A stretch of DNA of 64,000 nucleotides from Octopus sinensis (GCF_006345805.1 NC_043009.1:25792001-25856000), one strand, 5' to 3'; shown: positions 11,870 through 27,704, counted from the first letter of the stretch. The notes: a model not told the origin generated them from the letters alone. Program-made: numbers and translations.

Positions 11870-12846
11870 ATTATTTTCTACTCTAGGCGCATGGCCCGAA
11901 ATTTTTGGGGAGGGGACCAATCAATTAAATCAACCCCAGTACACAACTGGTACTTAATTTATCGACCCCGAAAGGATGAAAGGAATTTGACGGAATTTGA
12001 ACTCAGAACATAAAGACAGACGAAATACCTATTTCTTTACTACCCACAAGGGGCTAAACACAGAGAGGACAAACAAGGACAGACAAACGGATTAAGTCGA
12101 TTATATCGACCCCAGTGCGTAACTGGTACTTATTTAATCGACCCCGAAAGGATGAAAGGCAAAGTGGACCTTGGCGGAATTTGAACTCAGAACGTAGCGG
12201 CAGACGAAATACCTATTTTTTTACTACCCACAAGGGGCTAAACACAGAGAGGACAAACAAGGACAGAAAAACGGATTGAGTCGATTATATCGATCCCAGT
12301 GCGTAACTGGTACTTAATTTATCGACCCCGAAAGGATGAATAGCAAAGTCGACCTCGGCGGAATTTGAACTCAGAACGTAGCGGCAGACGAAATACCGCT
12401 AAGCATTTCGCCCGGCGTGCTAACGTTTCTTATTTCTTTATTGCCCACAAGGGGCTAAACACAGAGGAGACAAACAAGGACAGACAAACGGATTAAGTCG
12501 ATTAGATCGACCCCAGTGCGTAACCGGTACTTAATTTATCGACCTCGAAAGGATGAAAGGCAAAGTCGACCTCGGCGGAATTTGAACTCAGAACGTAGCG
12601 GCAGACGAAATACCTATTTCTTTACTGCCCACAAGGGGCTACACACAGAGGGGACAAACAAGGACAGACAAACGGATTAAATGAATTATATCGACCCTAG
12701 TGCGTAACTGGTACTTAATTTATCGAACCCGAAAGGATGAAAGGCAAAGTCGACCTCAGCGGAATTTGAACTCAGAACGTAACGGTAGACGAAATACGGC
12801 TACTCATTTCGCCCGGCCTGCTAACGTTTCTGCCAGCTCACCGCCT
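11870..12846 (-). repeat. Tandem array of SINE family B units (~175-180 bp period)
   Basis: Five repeats of the core ...ATCGACCCCGAAAGGATGAAAGG..., four of them joined to the CCCACAAGGGGCT tail. Confidence 0.85.
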
Positions 12847-13049
12847 TCCTATAAATACATTACTGTTCTGATGTTTAGAGTGTCCATTGATGATTATATA
12901 TATGACCCAAACGAAGGAGCTACTTGTTAGTAACTGATAATCCTCTAATAGCAGTAAAATCTCCCCCATCACATTTTATAGTGTCTTATGTATAATATGC
13001 ATACGTGAGTTTTTTTTTGTTATATCGTAGCTCGATATAACAGAAACAT

Positions 13050-13705
13050 TTGTTAAAAATCTTTCTGTCTCTCTCAAACAACAGCACAAGATCTAGAATG
13101 ATCAAAATAGATGAAAAATGGGTTCTCTATAGTTATATTCAACAAAAACGATAATGGTTAGCACCCAATGATGAAAAAGAAAAATCCATCCTGAAACCAG
13201 AACCATACTCGATGAGAAAGTTAGGTTCTGTGTTTGGTGGGATGTGAAGGAATTCGTCATCATGACGTGTTAAACCAAAACAAAACAAGTAATGCAAAAA
13301 AGTATTGTCAATTCAAAGCATTTCCCAAACAGTTGCAGAAAAGCACCCATCATAGGTCAATCGTTAAGGATTGTTGCTCTTGGACGATAATGCAAGACCA
13401 TATATTTCACAGGTCACTCAGGAAAAGATTATGGAATGAAGTGCTCTTCCGTCGTCTTTACAGAGCATTGAAACGTTATTTAGAAAGAAAAGATTAATTG
13501 TAAAGAGGTTAAGAAAGATGCTATGCATTTCTTTGCTTTGAAACTTGAAAGAATTTTATGCTCGAGGGATCGACAATTCGCCAAATAGAAGGGATTGTGT
13601 GATCAATAATTAAAGGAAATATAATCTTGATTTAAATATATCAATTAAAACCAGAGCAGCATTTGTTTCTTTCCCATTTTGAAATGCGACAGGACTTTGT
13701 AACTT
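13050..13705 (+). pseudogene. Degenerate mariner transposase fragment
   Basis: Remnants DEKWVLY, FCVWW, NAKKYCQ, DDNARP across frames, with stops and frameshifts. Confidence 0.75.
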
Positions 13706-13950
13706 AGTACAAAGAACGAAATAAAGCCAAACACAGTTCATTTACTCCGTTTCTTTCTCTCACACGTTCTGTCTGTCTGTTTGTCAGTCTCTCTCTCTCT
13801 CAGCCAAAACTACATCTTCCACACATGCATTACCTTTCATTTACGTTCACACATTTCTTTATGAATACAAAGTGCGTCACACACACACACACATACACAC
13901 ACACACACACATTCTCTCTCTTCATATATACACCGCATACTTTCACGTCA

Positions 13951-13988
<38 letters not shown>

Positions 13989-14721
13989 ACACACACACAC
14001 ACACACACACAGATATAGTGTCTAATGAAACCATCCAATTATTCTTCATCCCAGATATCTGTCATCACCACCACTACCATCACCAAAACCACTTTTACTA
14101 CTACCATCAACATCACCACCATTACTACCCATCCATTAAATAATACCCCTAATCTGTGTTAATCCGCCTACATTCTCTCATTCACTGGATTTCATCGATC
14201 ACAGACGATCAGAAGCATTGAAACATTTCATAAAGTTTTCTTTTTAATTTCCTCCACTTTAAACAACACCTCAATTTCTTTACTTTTTCTCTCTCCATTA
14301 CATATGTGTGTGTATGTGTGCGTGTGTGTCCATCTGTGCGTGTCTTAGCTATATAGGTGGATAGTCACTTCACATGCTTCAATCGAAAACTCTCAAGGGT
14401 GAAAAGCTAAGTATATTTCCATCATGAACTCCCCGTCTGAGAATGGCTCGTCTAGGTTTTGCTAGAAAAAAAAAAAGATTAGTTGCTATTCATATATCTC
14501 TACAACAAACAATAGTTACGCCACGTTTCTAAATAATACACACATATAGAATTATCTTTTATTATTTTCAAGCGCCATTTGTTTCCTGGACAACGTCGGG
14601 TGTTTGTATGTGTGTGTGTGTGTGTGTACGTAGAAGATTTTCGGGCTAAATTTTACAGTTTATATAAAAGGAAAAGAAAACATTAAAAAAAATATGAAAA
14701 AAAAAATATCAGCCAGAATAA

Positions 14722-15042
14722 TTGGCACTCCGTCGGTTACGACGACGTGAGTTCTAGTTTATCCGTTCAACGGAACAGACTGCTCGTGAAATTCACGTGC
14801 ATGTGGCTGAGCACACCACAGACACGTGTACCCTAAACGTGGTTCTCAGGAAGATTCAATGTGACACAGTGTGACAAGGTTGGCCCTTTGAAATACAGGT
14901 ACTACTCATTTTTACAAGCAGAGTGAACTGGAGCAATATGAAATAAAGTGTCTTGCCCAAGGACAAAACGCGTCGCCAGAAATTGAACGCAGGACCTTAT
15001 AATTGTGAACCGAATACCCTAACCATTTTGCCATGTGCCTTC
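14722..15042 (-). mobile_element. tRNA-derived SINE family C
   Basis: Homologous to 16965-17282 and 51501-51803 (...GCAAGACACTTTATTTCA...GTCGTAACCGACGGAG). Confidence 0.7.
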
Positions 15043-15074
15043 ACTAACCAAAACATGACTGGGGAAATAACGGT

Positions 15075-15650
15075 TTACTCAAAATATCCGCCCTCAGCTC
15101 CCACCATCCAGAATCTGATGCATGCGTTTCTCATTGTGTTCCTGGGAAGATCTTCAAACACCTCCTTGATCTTGGCCACCAACTCGGCCTCGGTGTTGCA
15201 GGCAGAGCCGTTGGCGTCTTTCTCAACTGCACCCCCAAAATTAGAAATCCTTGGGACTACCATCAAGTGGATTAGGAGGCTAGAAATTGGGGCTGTTGAA
15301 GCCGTAGAAATTCTCCAGCAACCACTTCGGACACTTTCCGAAGGTATGGTAAGGGGTCGAATCCTGCTACCACACATATGGCCTCCCAGTAACAATCCAC
15401 TCCAGCCAGGGATTGACCACAGTCTTCAGCTGCTTTACATAGCCATCTGTATTGAGCCTAAGGCCGTGTTCCAAAATGTGGGAATGAATACCGGCATGCG
15501 AACGTAGTTAGAATGCTTGCTGTGTCCCCTCCTGCAGGCCACGGTTTCGTTATCTTCGTTGTAGCGGTTCATACCACGTCATACAGCCTTTGTGTTCACA
15601 CGACAGCAGCCATGCAGTCGGCATTTTGACACCCAGCGCGAATCATTGTG
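15075..15650 (-). pseudogene. Tc1/mariner-superfamily transposase remnant
   Basis: C-terminus ...CNTEAELVAKIKEVFEDLPRNTMRNACIRF..AEGGYFE* is typical of Tc1/DD37D-type transposases. Confidence 0.65.
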
Positions 15651-15685
15651 GTACAGTTAATTCTTATCCAATATTTACATAGCTA

Positions 15686-16470
15686 AGGCGGCGAACTGGC
15701 AGAAACGTTAGCACGCCGGGCGAAATGCTACGTTCTGAATTTGAATTCCCCCGCGGTCGACTTTGCCTTTCATCCTTTTGGGGTCGATTAAATAAGTACC
15801 AGTTACGCACTGAGGTCGATATAATCGACTTAATCCGTTTGTCTGTCCTTGTTTGTTCCCTCTGTGTTTAGCCCCTTGTGGGTAGTAAAGAAATAAATAT
15901 TTCGTCTCTCTTTACGTTCTGAGTTCAAATTCCGCCGAGGCCGACTTTGCATTTCGTCCTTTGGGGATCGACAAATTAAGTACCAGTTACATACTGGAGT
16001 CGATATAATCGACTGGTTTCCTCTCCCAAAATGTCGGGCCTTGTGCCTAGAGTAGAAAAGAATATTAAAGGCGGCGAACTGGCAGAAACGTTAGCGCGCC
16101 GGGCGAAATGCTTAACGGTATTTCGTCTGCCGTTACGTTCTGAGTTCAAATTCCGCCGAGGTCGACTTTGCATTTCATCCTTTCGGGGTCGATAAATTAA
16201 GTACCAGTTACGCACTGGGGTCGATGTAATCGACTTAATCCGTTTTTCTGTCCTTGTTTGTCCTCTCTGTGTTTAGCCCCTTGTGGGTAGTAAAGAAATA
16301 GGTATTTCGTCTGTCTTTACGTTCTGAGTTCAAATTCTGCCAAGGTCGACTTTGCATTTCATCCTTTCGGGGTCGATAAATTAAGTACCAGTTACGTACT
16401 AGGGACGATCTAATCGACTGCCCCACCACCCCAAAAATTTCGGGCCTTGTGCTTAGAGTAGAAAAGAATA
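15686..16470 (+). mobile_element. Two adjacent composite SINE B copies (head-core-tail1-core-tail2)
   Basis: Heads GGCGGCGAACTGGCAGAAACGTTAG at ~15686 and ~16069; tail1 ...GTAAAGAAAT, tail2 ...GGGCCTTGTGC(C/T)TAGAGTAGAAAAGAAT. Confidence 0.8.
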
Positions 16471-17282
16471 TTCAAACGGCTTCCAATCCACCATATCAGC
16501 TAACTTTTTCTCAACAACTTTAATCTTTAAGCTCTCCAACGCCGTTAATTGTTTACTAATACATATAACTGTTCCCGAAGAAAGGTGACACAAAAGGAAT
16601 CGTCAAATTTGTTCCCAACACGCTCTACCCCAACCCACATACACACAAATGTCTATACACACGCTCACACTTTATACTTCTTTCAATCCTTGTACTACGG
16701 CCATGCTGGGGCATCGCCTTGAGGGGTTCAATCAATCAATCAAATCAACCCTAGTGTTTGCTTCTTTCAAGTTTGGTACGTATTCTTTCAGTCTCTTATC
16801 CCGAAACGCTAAAGTACGGGGACATAAACAAACCAGCAGCGATTGTGTGGTGATAAGTATGCGCTTCTCCTTCTGTGTGTGTGCGCGTATTACACACACA
16901 TACGACAGGCTTCTGTATAGTTTCCATCTACCAAATTCCGTCACATGGCATTGATCGATTCGAATGGCTTGATGGCTAGAGATATTCGGCGCACGATCGT
17001 CAGGTCGAGAGTTCGATATCCGGCGGCGCACCAAGTGCTTGAGCAGGACCCTTTATTTCCCGTTGCTTCCATGTACTCATCTGGCAAACATGAGTTGTAC
17101 TTGTAATTCAAGGGGGACTAGTCTTGTCACATCTTGTGTCACCCTGGATCTTCCTGAGAACTACATTAAGAATACACGCGTCTGTGGAGTGCTCAACCAC
17201 TTGCACGTTAATTTCACGAGCAGGCTGTTCCGTTGACCGGACCAACCGGAACACTCGTTGTTGTAATCGATAGAGTGCCAAT

Positions 17283-17318
<36 letters not shown>

Positions 17319-18386
17319 CAAAATTTTGGCTAGTTAAAATGTCTGACATATTTTAACTGCTAAAAGACAAATTCACCGCAGTTGCCGGAAATAATTTTTT
17401 TTCTTACGGTAAACAGATTTAAAAACACCATATCACTTCAGTGTCTTCATCTGTCAGGATACCCAGACATTTATGTTTCTAGCTCCCTAGCTCTTATCAA
17501 TGGGAAATGCCTAAGAGAGGCAACTATGACACTGATTATGCCATGTATATGTTATAGTTTTGCAAGGAAAAGTTTGACAGCGACTTCTCAGATTCGGTTA
17601 TACTCGCCTTCACCAGACTGTCTGATGAAGACAAACAAACAGAAACTCCGAAGTTACTTTCAATCTCTCTTTTTCATCTTTCGGTTGAAGTAGTTAAATA
17701 TGTACCCTAATAAAAGTATGAAATAATCCTTGAATTTGATATTCATTTTGGTTTTAGATGCAACTTGACATACAACAAATATTAATGTGTGTGTATGTGT
17801 ATTTGTTTATACCCAAGAGGTCTTAAAGTTACGGCGACCAGACATCATCTCGCATGTAAGACAAACAATTTTTAAACAACCTATCACAATCAATATGAAA
17901 ACCAGACGTGGCAACCGTGCGTGATATAAATTATAAAACGAGACGAAGTTCAGCGCGAAAATTACCATTTTCTTTACAATGAACTGAATTATGGGAATTT
18001 TTTTTTCAATCTCGAGACAAACACGCCAAGTTCTTAGGTCTAGCACAAAGCAAAGAATGGCGAAAGTGAGTGAACAAGTCAAATTAATTAATGGAAAGAT
18101 CTATAGTTTTTCTGGCTAATCATCATTATCATCAGCGTCGTCATCATCATCATCTGTATTTTTTGCAGCAGCTGCAGTAGTAGTGTGACATCAAGTCAAC
18201 ACTGATTAAGCAAGCTTGTGACTAGAGACATTCCAAATATGACCATTCCTTAATTTGTTTTCAGCGAAATTCTTTTATTTTACGCCGAGCACCACCTTGA
18301 ATGGTTTTAATCGGTCAAATCGATCCCAGGACTTATTTTTATGGGGATGCAAACACACCAACACCGGTTGTCAGACACAAAGACAC

Positions 18387-18426
<40 letters not shown>

Positions 18427-20914
18427 ACGAGTCTCTTTCAATTTCCGTCTACCAAATCCATTGACAAGGCTTTGGTCGGCCTGAGGCTGCAGTAGAAAAC
18501 ACTTGCCCGAGTTGCCATGCTGTGGGATTGAACCCAGAACCATGTGGTTGGGAAGCAAACTTCTTACTACACAACCATACCTGGGCCTATGTAAATAATA
18601 ATTTTGTTTTTCTTTTAGTCCAATATTTAGAGGATCCATTGCAATACTCTTATTACTCTAGGTACTCCCATGACTACATTATCCAACGTGGCATGAAACG
18701 TTGGGGACATATCGGCCGATGATTTTCAAACCATTTAGCATATAGACATATTCGGTGATATAGCTTGCAGCAGGCCTTGTTCGATACGCGACATTGAAAA
18801 GTCACAACAATGACGAAACCTCGATGTCTGTCGCTCCGAGAAGGAACCTGATGTGAGTTGTCTCGCTTGCCTATGACTTACTTTCATGTGTTTTAAAACC
18901 AGGCACATTGAGAATATATTCTCTTACGCCTAAAACGCAGCCGACCCTCGAACTAGCGACACAAACATCCTGCGTATGTGTGTTCGATTTTGTTTATTAT
19001 CCAACGTGTTTTTGTCTTTACCTTTTTGAAAAGACAATAAGGTGTGGTTTGAAGGATATTTGGTTAGTATTTCTAGCTTGGTGACTGGTGGCATAGAGGT
19101 TTCCGTGTCGATCATGGTGTTGCTGGTGGTGCTATTTAACCCCAGGTCAGCCATAATCAAGCAGACTTATGATAAACGGCATTTCTGTCATAACTATTCC
19201 GACTTATAGTTTCTGATATAGTATACCTAAGACTACATTATCTAATGTCTCCTACCTTTTTTTTTTTAAGAAGGCAGTATATAACTAGGGACACAGCTGT
19301 CCTCTATTTCTAGCACTTGGAGCGACCACGAAGTGGGCTCCTTGTTAGATCTTTGTTGCCACGTCAGCTCGCTCGTCCCCTCTGAACGAACAAATATATG
19401 ATACAATCAAAAGCGTTTCAGTTATGACCATCACGCTTTTTTTCCAGGCTATATTATCCAATGTGTCCTTTTTTTCTTCTTAAAACTGTTGAGTGTGATT
19501 AGGGAAAGATTTGAATTGTCTAAAATGATCCCAAACGCAGGCCCGTCTCCAGACTTGGGTGCCTGGGGGTGCTTCAGAATGTTCTGGGTTGGCACTAATT
19601 TGTATTGCAGGAAAATCTTTGTGAACTGTATTTTCTAAATCTGAGGGCCCACCATTGAACAGTGAGGGGTCATTGCCGTCTAGTGCCTCCCACACCACAC
19701 ACACACACACCTTAGCGACGGGCATACATAAATGGACGAATTTACAAGGTAGAGGATCGGGGAACCAGTCTTGGTAGTGGGGGGTGAGGTTCCCATTTTG
19801 GCATTCTGAATCAAGGAACATAGTGTCCGAATATAGCCTCCTCCTCTTCATTTTGCATCCACTTTTCCATACTTGCACGGATCAGACAGAATTTGTTGAC
19901 ACATATTTTCTACGACCGGAGACCCTTCTTTTAGTCAGCCTGATCTGTTTCCAATTAAGGAAATATTTTCCCTCGGTCAGGCATATTTTCACGGAAGACT
20001 GGAAGCGAAGAATACCGCTTGTATAACGGTAACACTCGCTTACAACTATCACACGATGTCGAGACAAGGACACAGACACGGTGGTATTATTTCAGCACAT
20101 CCTCAACCAAATCTACTCACAAGAATTTGATCGGGCCAGGGTTATAGAAGAAAACATTTGCCCAAAGTTCCAAAAACGGCTGAATCCGAAACCACGTAGT
20201 TAGAAGTAAACTTCTTAACCATATATCCATTCCCCCCTGCATACACACACACACACAGAACAATCTTCCGCAAGAAGTAGTGGCAGCGATGAAAAATTAA
20301 CGAGAAACACTTACAAGAAGATACAATCATTAAGCAGTGTGTGTGTGTGTGTTTGTGTGTGTGGAGATGTTGGTGCAAGTGTAGAATATACAGAGACTAA
20401 TTTAGTGCTGGGCAGATCGAATTCTTAAATACCAATTTCTTATTCAGGGTAAAGTATTCCTGAAATAAATGAGTTAGCTGGAAGCAAGACAAAGATTGAG
20501 CGTATGTCCAAGAAGAAAGATGGACAAGCAATTATCGGTGTAAGGAAATAATTTATATGAGATGTTACATATAATCTAGGCACATCAATACGTCTGGCGC
20601 CAGAAATGGCTAGGTACGATTACAGAATTCACACTGAGGTAAACAACAATTAAGTTATCCCGTGTTTGTATGTAGGATACTGAAGATACGTAAGTTCCAA
20701 ACCGAATACAAACTGTGGGTCCGACTCTGGGGTCGGTTCCAGCTGCGACATAAGTATATAAAAAAAGAGAACAACGGTCGCAAAATTTAAACGTTATTTG
20801 TGTTTTTGCTCTCTCTCTCTCTCTCTCTCTCTCAATAACACATACACACACATATATACATCTATAGATATATATAATTTCAATACGGAGCAAATAATTC
20901 ACGAGAAAAACATA

Positions 20915-21310
20915 GTGGCTGTGTGGTAAGTAGCTTGCTTACCAACTAAATGGTTCCAGGTTCAGTCCCACTGCGTGGCACCTTGGGCAAGTGTCTTCTA
21001 CTATAGCCTCGGGTCGACCAAAGCCTTGTGAGTGGATTTGGTAGACGGAAACTGAAAGAACCCCGTCGTATGTATATATATATATATATATGTATGTGTG
21101 TATATGTTTGTGTGTCTGTGTTTGTCCCCCCACCATTGCTTGACAACCGATGCTGGTGTGTTTACGTCTCCGTAACTTAGTGGTTCGGCAAAAGTGACCG
21201 ATAGAATAAGTACTAGGCTTACAAAGAATAAGTCTTGGAGTCGATTTGCTCGACTAAAGGCGGTGCTCCAGCATGGCCACAGTCAAATGACTGAAACAAG
21301 TAAAAGAGTA
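20915..21310 (+). mobile_element. SINE family A
   Basis: Near-full-length match to 3334-3713. Confidence 0.85.
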
Positions 21311-21413
21311 ATTCACGAAAAATAATCTATTATCTAGTGTAACAATTAAAAAATGATGATAACAGAATAATATAGGCGATTGCAGGCCCCCAAAAGCATT
21401 AAATAGCCGAAGG

Positions 21414-21605
21414 ATTAAAATTAATCAAAGGATATACTAAGAATGTCTATCTGCTGGAAATAACAGTCAAAACTCTTATGTAAATCGCCAAAATACATTG
21501 ATAATAACTACACGGACGGTTGATTTCTGTAATTATTATCAGTGTATTTTGGTTGTTATTTCCAGCAGGTAGACATACTTAGTATATCCTTTGATTAATT
21601 TTAAT
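21414..21605. repeat. ~190-bp palindromic (MITE-like) element
   Basis: ATTAAAATTAATCAAAGGATATACTAAG... pairs with ...CTTAGTATATCCTTTGATTAATTTTAAT; an inner stem CCAAAATACATTGATAATAA/TTATTATCAGTGTATTTTGG is also present. Confidence 0.7.
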
Positions 21606-21611
21606 ATATAT

Positions 21612-21882
21612 ATTACATTATTTACATTCGACGGATATTTGTCCTCATCTTGTTTGTTGTTAACAAAACGTTTCGGTTGATATACCCTCCAGCCTTCATC
21701 AGGTGTCCTGGGGGAATTTTCGAACCTGGGTTCTCATTCCTAAGGTATTTTTCGATATTAATATTATTATTATTATTAGTGTTCAGGTCACTGCTTGGAA
21801 TCGAACTCGGAATCTTGGGGTTAGTAGCCCGCGCTCTTAACCACTACGCCATATGCCCACGGGCATATGGCGTAGTAGTTAA
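21612..21882 (-). mobile_element. HHR family F5: tRNA-headed SINE-like element with hammerhead (copy 1)
   Basis: tRNA-like head 21786-21858 (TGGCGTAGTGG; GAGTTCGATTCC), (AAT)n, HHR 21663-21706, 3' end at (TA)n; head refolded as an inverted repeat at 21861-21882. Confidence 0.8.
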
Positions 21883-23122
21883 ATATAGAACTGTATATAT
21901 ATATATATATATGTTAGTTTCGCCTGTGGGTGAACAGAGCCTCCAGGCAAATTAATACTTGTCTTCCATAACTTACCTGAAGACCGTGTGTTTCCACTGG
22001 CGAGTCTCAGAATAGCAAAGACTGGCTCGACCAAAATGATATTATTAATCTCTTCTATGGTATTGAATTTTTTTTTTTTTTTGCGTCAGTTGACATTAAA
22101 TTTGTGTGTATGTGTGTTATGCTGTTTCATGGAAAGCAGGATCTTTATTTCATTAACGGTCCCTGAAGCTACTATGACCTTCATTGTTAGAGGAGCAAAA
22201 AAAAAAAAAAGAAACAAAAACAATTTCCTGTTTGGACAGAACCAAATGTTTATATTTCGTCTAATGGGAACCACCAAACCCAAAATAGAGCAAGTCCTTG
22301 CGCTAATAATTATACTATTTAACAAAGGAAAAAAAAACACACGAGAACATTACAATAAATCTTAATGAAGAATATATTTGCACGCAAAACTTAAAATGAT
22401 TGAGACGAAGAAAAAAATATAGAAATAACGATAGTTACGAAACAATGCTATAGAAAATAGTAATTTAATTATTTATTACGAGACACTGATTTCTATAGCT
22501 ATATACTTTTTTTAATCAAGAAGTTTATCATTGTCCCATTTTCAGAGTTGAACGGATATATACCCACTCACCCACCCACCATGTACCCACTCACACACGC
22601 AATATTCATACACACCACTATCCTACGTGTCTCTCTCAGTATTATTGGCGATGTGAATGACGGAACGATGGGTAGCAATCTGGAACTGAAACCAAGCAGA
22701 AGGAAAACGCGGCTCATCAGGAAATAAATTGTGGCTTAGTGGTTAGGGTGTTGGACTCGTGATCGTAATGCTGTGGGTTCAATTCCTAGCCCGGGCGATG
22801 CTTTGTCTTCTTGAGCAAGACACTTCATTTCACGTTGCTCCAGGCGTTCCATCCAGATGGGGAAATATATACGCCAGAGAATCCGAGAAACCAGCTTTAT
22901 GAGTCTGGCGAAGGAGCTAGGGGACAACTCAATGATCAACAATAAGTAAATTTTTTGGTTTCAAAATCGATTCGAACCATCGACTGAACCCCCACACAGT
23001 CGATCGAGCTACAAGCAATAGCAGCGCAGTCTCTCTCAAATTCTACCCCATCACCCGAGAAAGAAAGTACATATTAGGATAGCCTTGTATTAGTAATATT
23101 TCTAACCTCTAACTCGTATTAC

Positions 23123-24191
<1,069 letters not shown>

Positions 24192-26191
24192 AGAGAGAAA
24201 CTCTTATCCGTTTGCTTTGGCCTATATTATAAATAAGGTTGTATTTCAGAATAATCGTCCCTATTCGACCTGCGAGATCTCGTCTTTTAGTTCAGTGTGT
24301 ACTGCAAAGTCAAGTGGATCCGAAACATCTCTGTTTTGATGTCTCAAATCAAAGAAAGAACGCTTCTAAGTAATCACTTAAACAGCCAGAAACAGCAACT
24401 TCAACAACAAATGCAACAACAACAAGAAAGACAATACCATGGCCTTCTGCTGCACGGCGTTCCCCAACCCTTCTTCTCTATGCAGTCTATTAGTAATTGA
24501 GTTGTGTAACTCGTATTAATTGCAATAGTTAATAGTTTAATTAATCTAATTAAAAACTTTCAACGAAAGTTCGTTCATGTTTCTTGTGCTTGTCATTGTT
24601 TTTCTCTCATCTCTTCGGAATCATAGACATTAGTCGCCAAACAACTATTTCTACTGGTCCAGCATCACAGGATTGAATAAGAACGTCTCTGAAGAATATT
24701 CTGTCTAAATACAGACTTTATTAAATCTTTGATGGATTAAAATATGCCGTGTTACGTGTTGAAGCAGACAGAGTGAAATGAAGACAACTTTCTAGAGACA
24801 ATACTGGAATATTGCAAAGAAGATGGACGCAGGTGTGAGCGAATGGTTAAGAGGTCGCAGGTCTGATTTCAATGCATAGCATCTTGAGCAAGTGTCTCTT
24901 TATCACAGCTATGGGCCATCTCAAGCCTTATCAATGGAACTGGGGAGATTAAAACTGTAATGAAGTATCTCAGATGTTGTATTTGAAAGAGCTAAGCCTT
25001 GTAACGATTTGGCCTTGAGGATTAAGCTAAGTGCACAAATACAAAATACTCAGCCACTTACATGAGCTCGCAGCTCAGTTAATTGAGCAGGAAAACTCAT
25101 TGCCGACACATCACACTGGATTTATGCTTGTCCACTGAATCGATAGCATCTTTTCCGGCATTTGTTCGAACTTTGATGACCGCCCATCCCAAACTCTTGG
25201 TGTACAGCTTTCTACATAGAGAGGACAGATATTACTCTGCATGTGTATCTCTCCCCCCTCCTTTATAGAACTAAGTGTGTTTCACCTCTATAACATCAAT
25301 CTTCCTCCAAATGAGCGACCACCACACCGAACAATAGATGGTGATGTCTGCAACTTTTGAAGGTTTCATGTTGTTCCCCTTCAGAAAGGCCTAAGCTAGC
25401 ATTTGAACAGCTTCTTTGATCCTCCAGCCAGGTATTTTCCATCGTATAACTGGTCGTTCATTAGTATACTCACCATTGTGGATCAGACGTGCATACAACA
25501 TGTCTGCACTGTTACAGTTGATGCTTGTATCTTTATCGATTTATCCTCTGGCTGATCTTGCTTGAACATTTTTAATCTGCATATGCCATCCATCTCGGTT
25601 CTGCATTAGTTGAAGGGATGTTTTCGGGGAGGCATCCAGTGTCTCCGGTGAGACACTTTTATGAACTATGGTCTGGAAAACCCGTCTGTTTGACTGACAC
25701 TGCAATCGTGATTAGAACCTGCGACCATGGACGAGAAATTAACAATCGAAAGACATTCCATTATCGATTCAAGGCTGCTGATATTGGTTCGATAGTAGAT
25801 TTCTGTGAATGTTATCCTATCCCAACGTTTAACCAAAATGGATATTCTAGAAACTGGTGGCTGTATGTGGACGACGTCTAGCTTCCAGGTGGAAACACAG
25901 ACTGTATCTGTGGCCAATTAGCTAAGTCATTAAAGTGTAGAGCATGTTTCGCGGTAGTCTTTCTCATTATCAAGCTAAAGTCAAATTTGCCTTTTATTCT
26001 TTCGGGGTTGGTAAATAACGTACAAGCCATGTACTGGGATCGCTTACTCTCATTTTCTAACACTTTCGTACTTTTTTATGTTTGTCTTTCTGAAAGAAAT
26101 CGATGATGGGTAGATCTGGAGTGAATGGGCTCTGCCAAGCCTAAAAAGATACTCAAGACGGCACTACTGCAACTCTATCAAACAGTTGAAG

Positions 26192-26238
<47 letters not shown>

Positions 26239-26374
26239 GTAGGTAGGTATGTATGTATGTGTCTGCACGTGTGTAAAATATGTATGTATGTATGTATGCA
26301 CGTATGTCTGCATGCACGTATGTCTGTATGTATGCATGCACGTACGTACGGACGTATGTACGTATGTATGTATG

Positions 26375-26787
26375 CAGTGGCAGACTGCGTCTAAAAATAT
26401 TGGTTGCCAGGAGACTAAAGGGGCCTGCCCGCAACTACAATGGGGTCCACCCGCAACTACAAGGGGGCCCACCCACAACAACAATGCTATCTAATTTTTT
26501 TTTGTTAAAAGTATTCTTTTCAACTATCTACAAACATAGCCAAGCCGAAATAATTAATGTATTCTTCCAGGAGTGAGTAAAAAATTATCAAACCTGAGGG
26601 GATACACCAATACATATATGTATAAATACAGACATACACACATATAACACCATTCTATAGGATAACTTGTCTGACTAACTTATCTTTTATCCTCTACTCG
26701 TTTCAGATATTGGGTCGCGGGTTATTCTAGTGGCGCAGGGGCCCACATGCCATCGGGCAAGCTGGCAACCTGGCCAGTCCGCCACTG
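26375..26787. mobile_element. hAT-like MITE with CAGTGGC(A/G)GACTG TIRs
   Basis: CAGTGGCAGACTG at 26375 and CAGTCCGCCACTG ending 26787; lies in a microsatellite, so no TSD can be resolved. Confidence 0.6.
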
Positions 26788-27450
26788 TGTGTGTGTATCT
26801 ATAATTCAATAGGTATCTCGTACAAAACAAATGGATTTTGGTTCACCATAGTCACATATGTTATTTTAACCAATCAGTAATTAAGAACTTTGGTCCAGCG
26901 TATATTTTACCAAATCAGAATCCTATAGTCAGTGAAAACTTGCTTTGACACTCAAAGAAAAATAAACACATACACACACAAAAGAAAATATACTGCACAA
27001 ACACCTTTCGCTCTCTTTTGGGTCAATCATTTGACACCAGACAAGTCGCCGTCTTCTGCTGTTGATAGTTAAAGCTAAGTTGTCTTAATCATCCTCTTCT
27101 CTTTCTCATTCGGTTAGTGGTCAGCATCGGTTATCTTAATCACGAAGTACTTTAATCTGAACGAGAAATCACTTAGAAACACTTCTGCCAATTTAGTAAC
27201 ACGCAAGTTATTTTCATTGAGTCACCGCTGCTGTCAATTATCTTATAGTACACCTTTTGACTCTTCAACACACAAGATTTCTCTTGACACGAACATTTGC
27301 AACATACATTATTCAAATGATTTTCTAAATTACAAACACACACACAAAATATACTCAAATATACACATAAAATATACACACATAAAATATACATGCAAAC
27401 ATATATATAAACATATACACGCACACACATATATATATATATATAAACAT

Positions 27451-27483
<33 letters not shown>

Positions 27484-27663
27484 AACATACATGCATATCC
27501 ACACATGCATACAAATATACATACTTATCCACACACGCATACAAGTAAACACATATACACAGACGCATGAAGACACACACACATATACACACACATACAC
27601 ACCTGCAAATATACACACACGCAGTAAGCCTGCATGTATGCACCAATACATATATACAGACGC

Positions 27664-27704
<41 letters not shown>

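Noticed and set aside
11870-12846. Regularly spaced repeats resembling a CRISPR array
   Set aside because: Whole units repeat with no unique spacers; eukaryotic SINE multimer with no cas genes.
17620-17657. CTGATGA...GAAA ctccgaag TT
   Set aside because: Helix II cannot pair and helix I is only 2 bp; at best a decayed motif.
21786-21858. Possible tRNA gene with ACT anticodon
   Set aside because: Acceptor and T stems do not pair; treated as a tRNA-derived SINE head.
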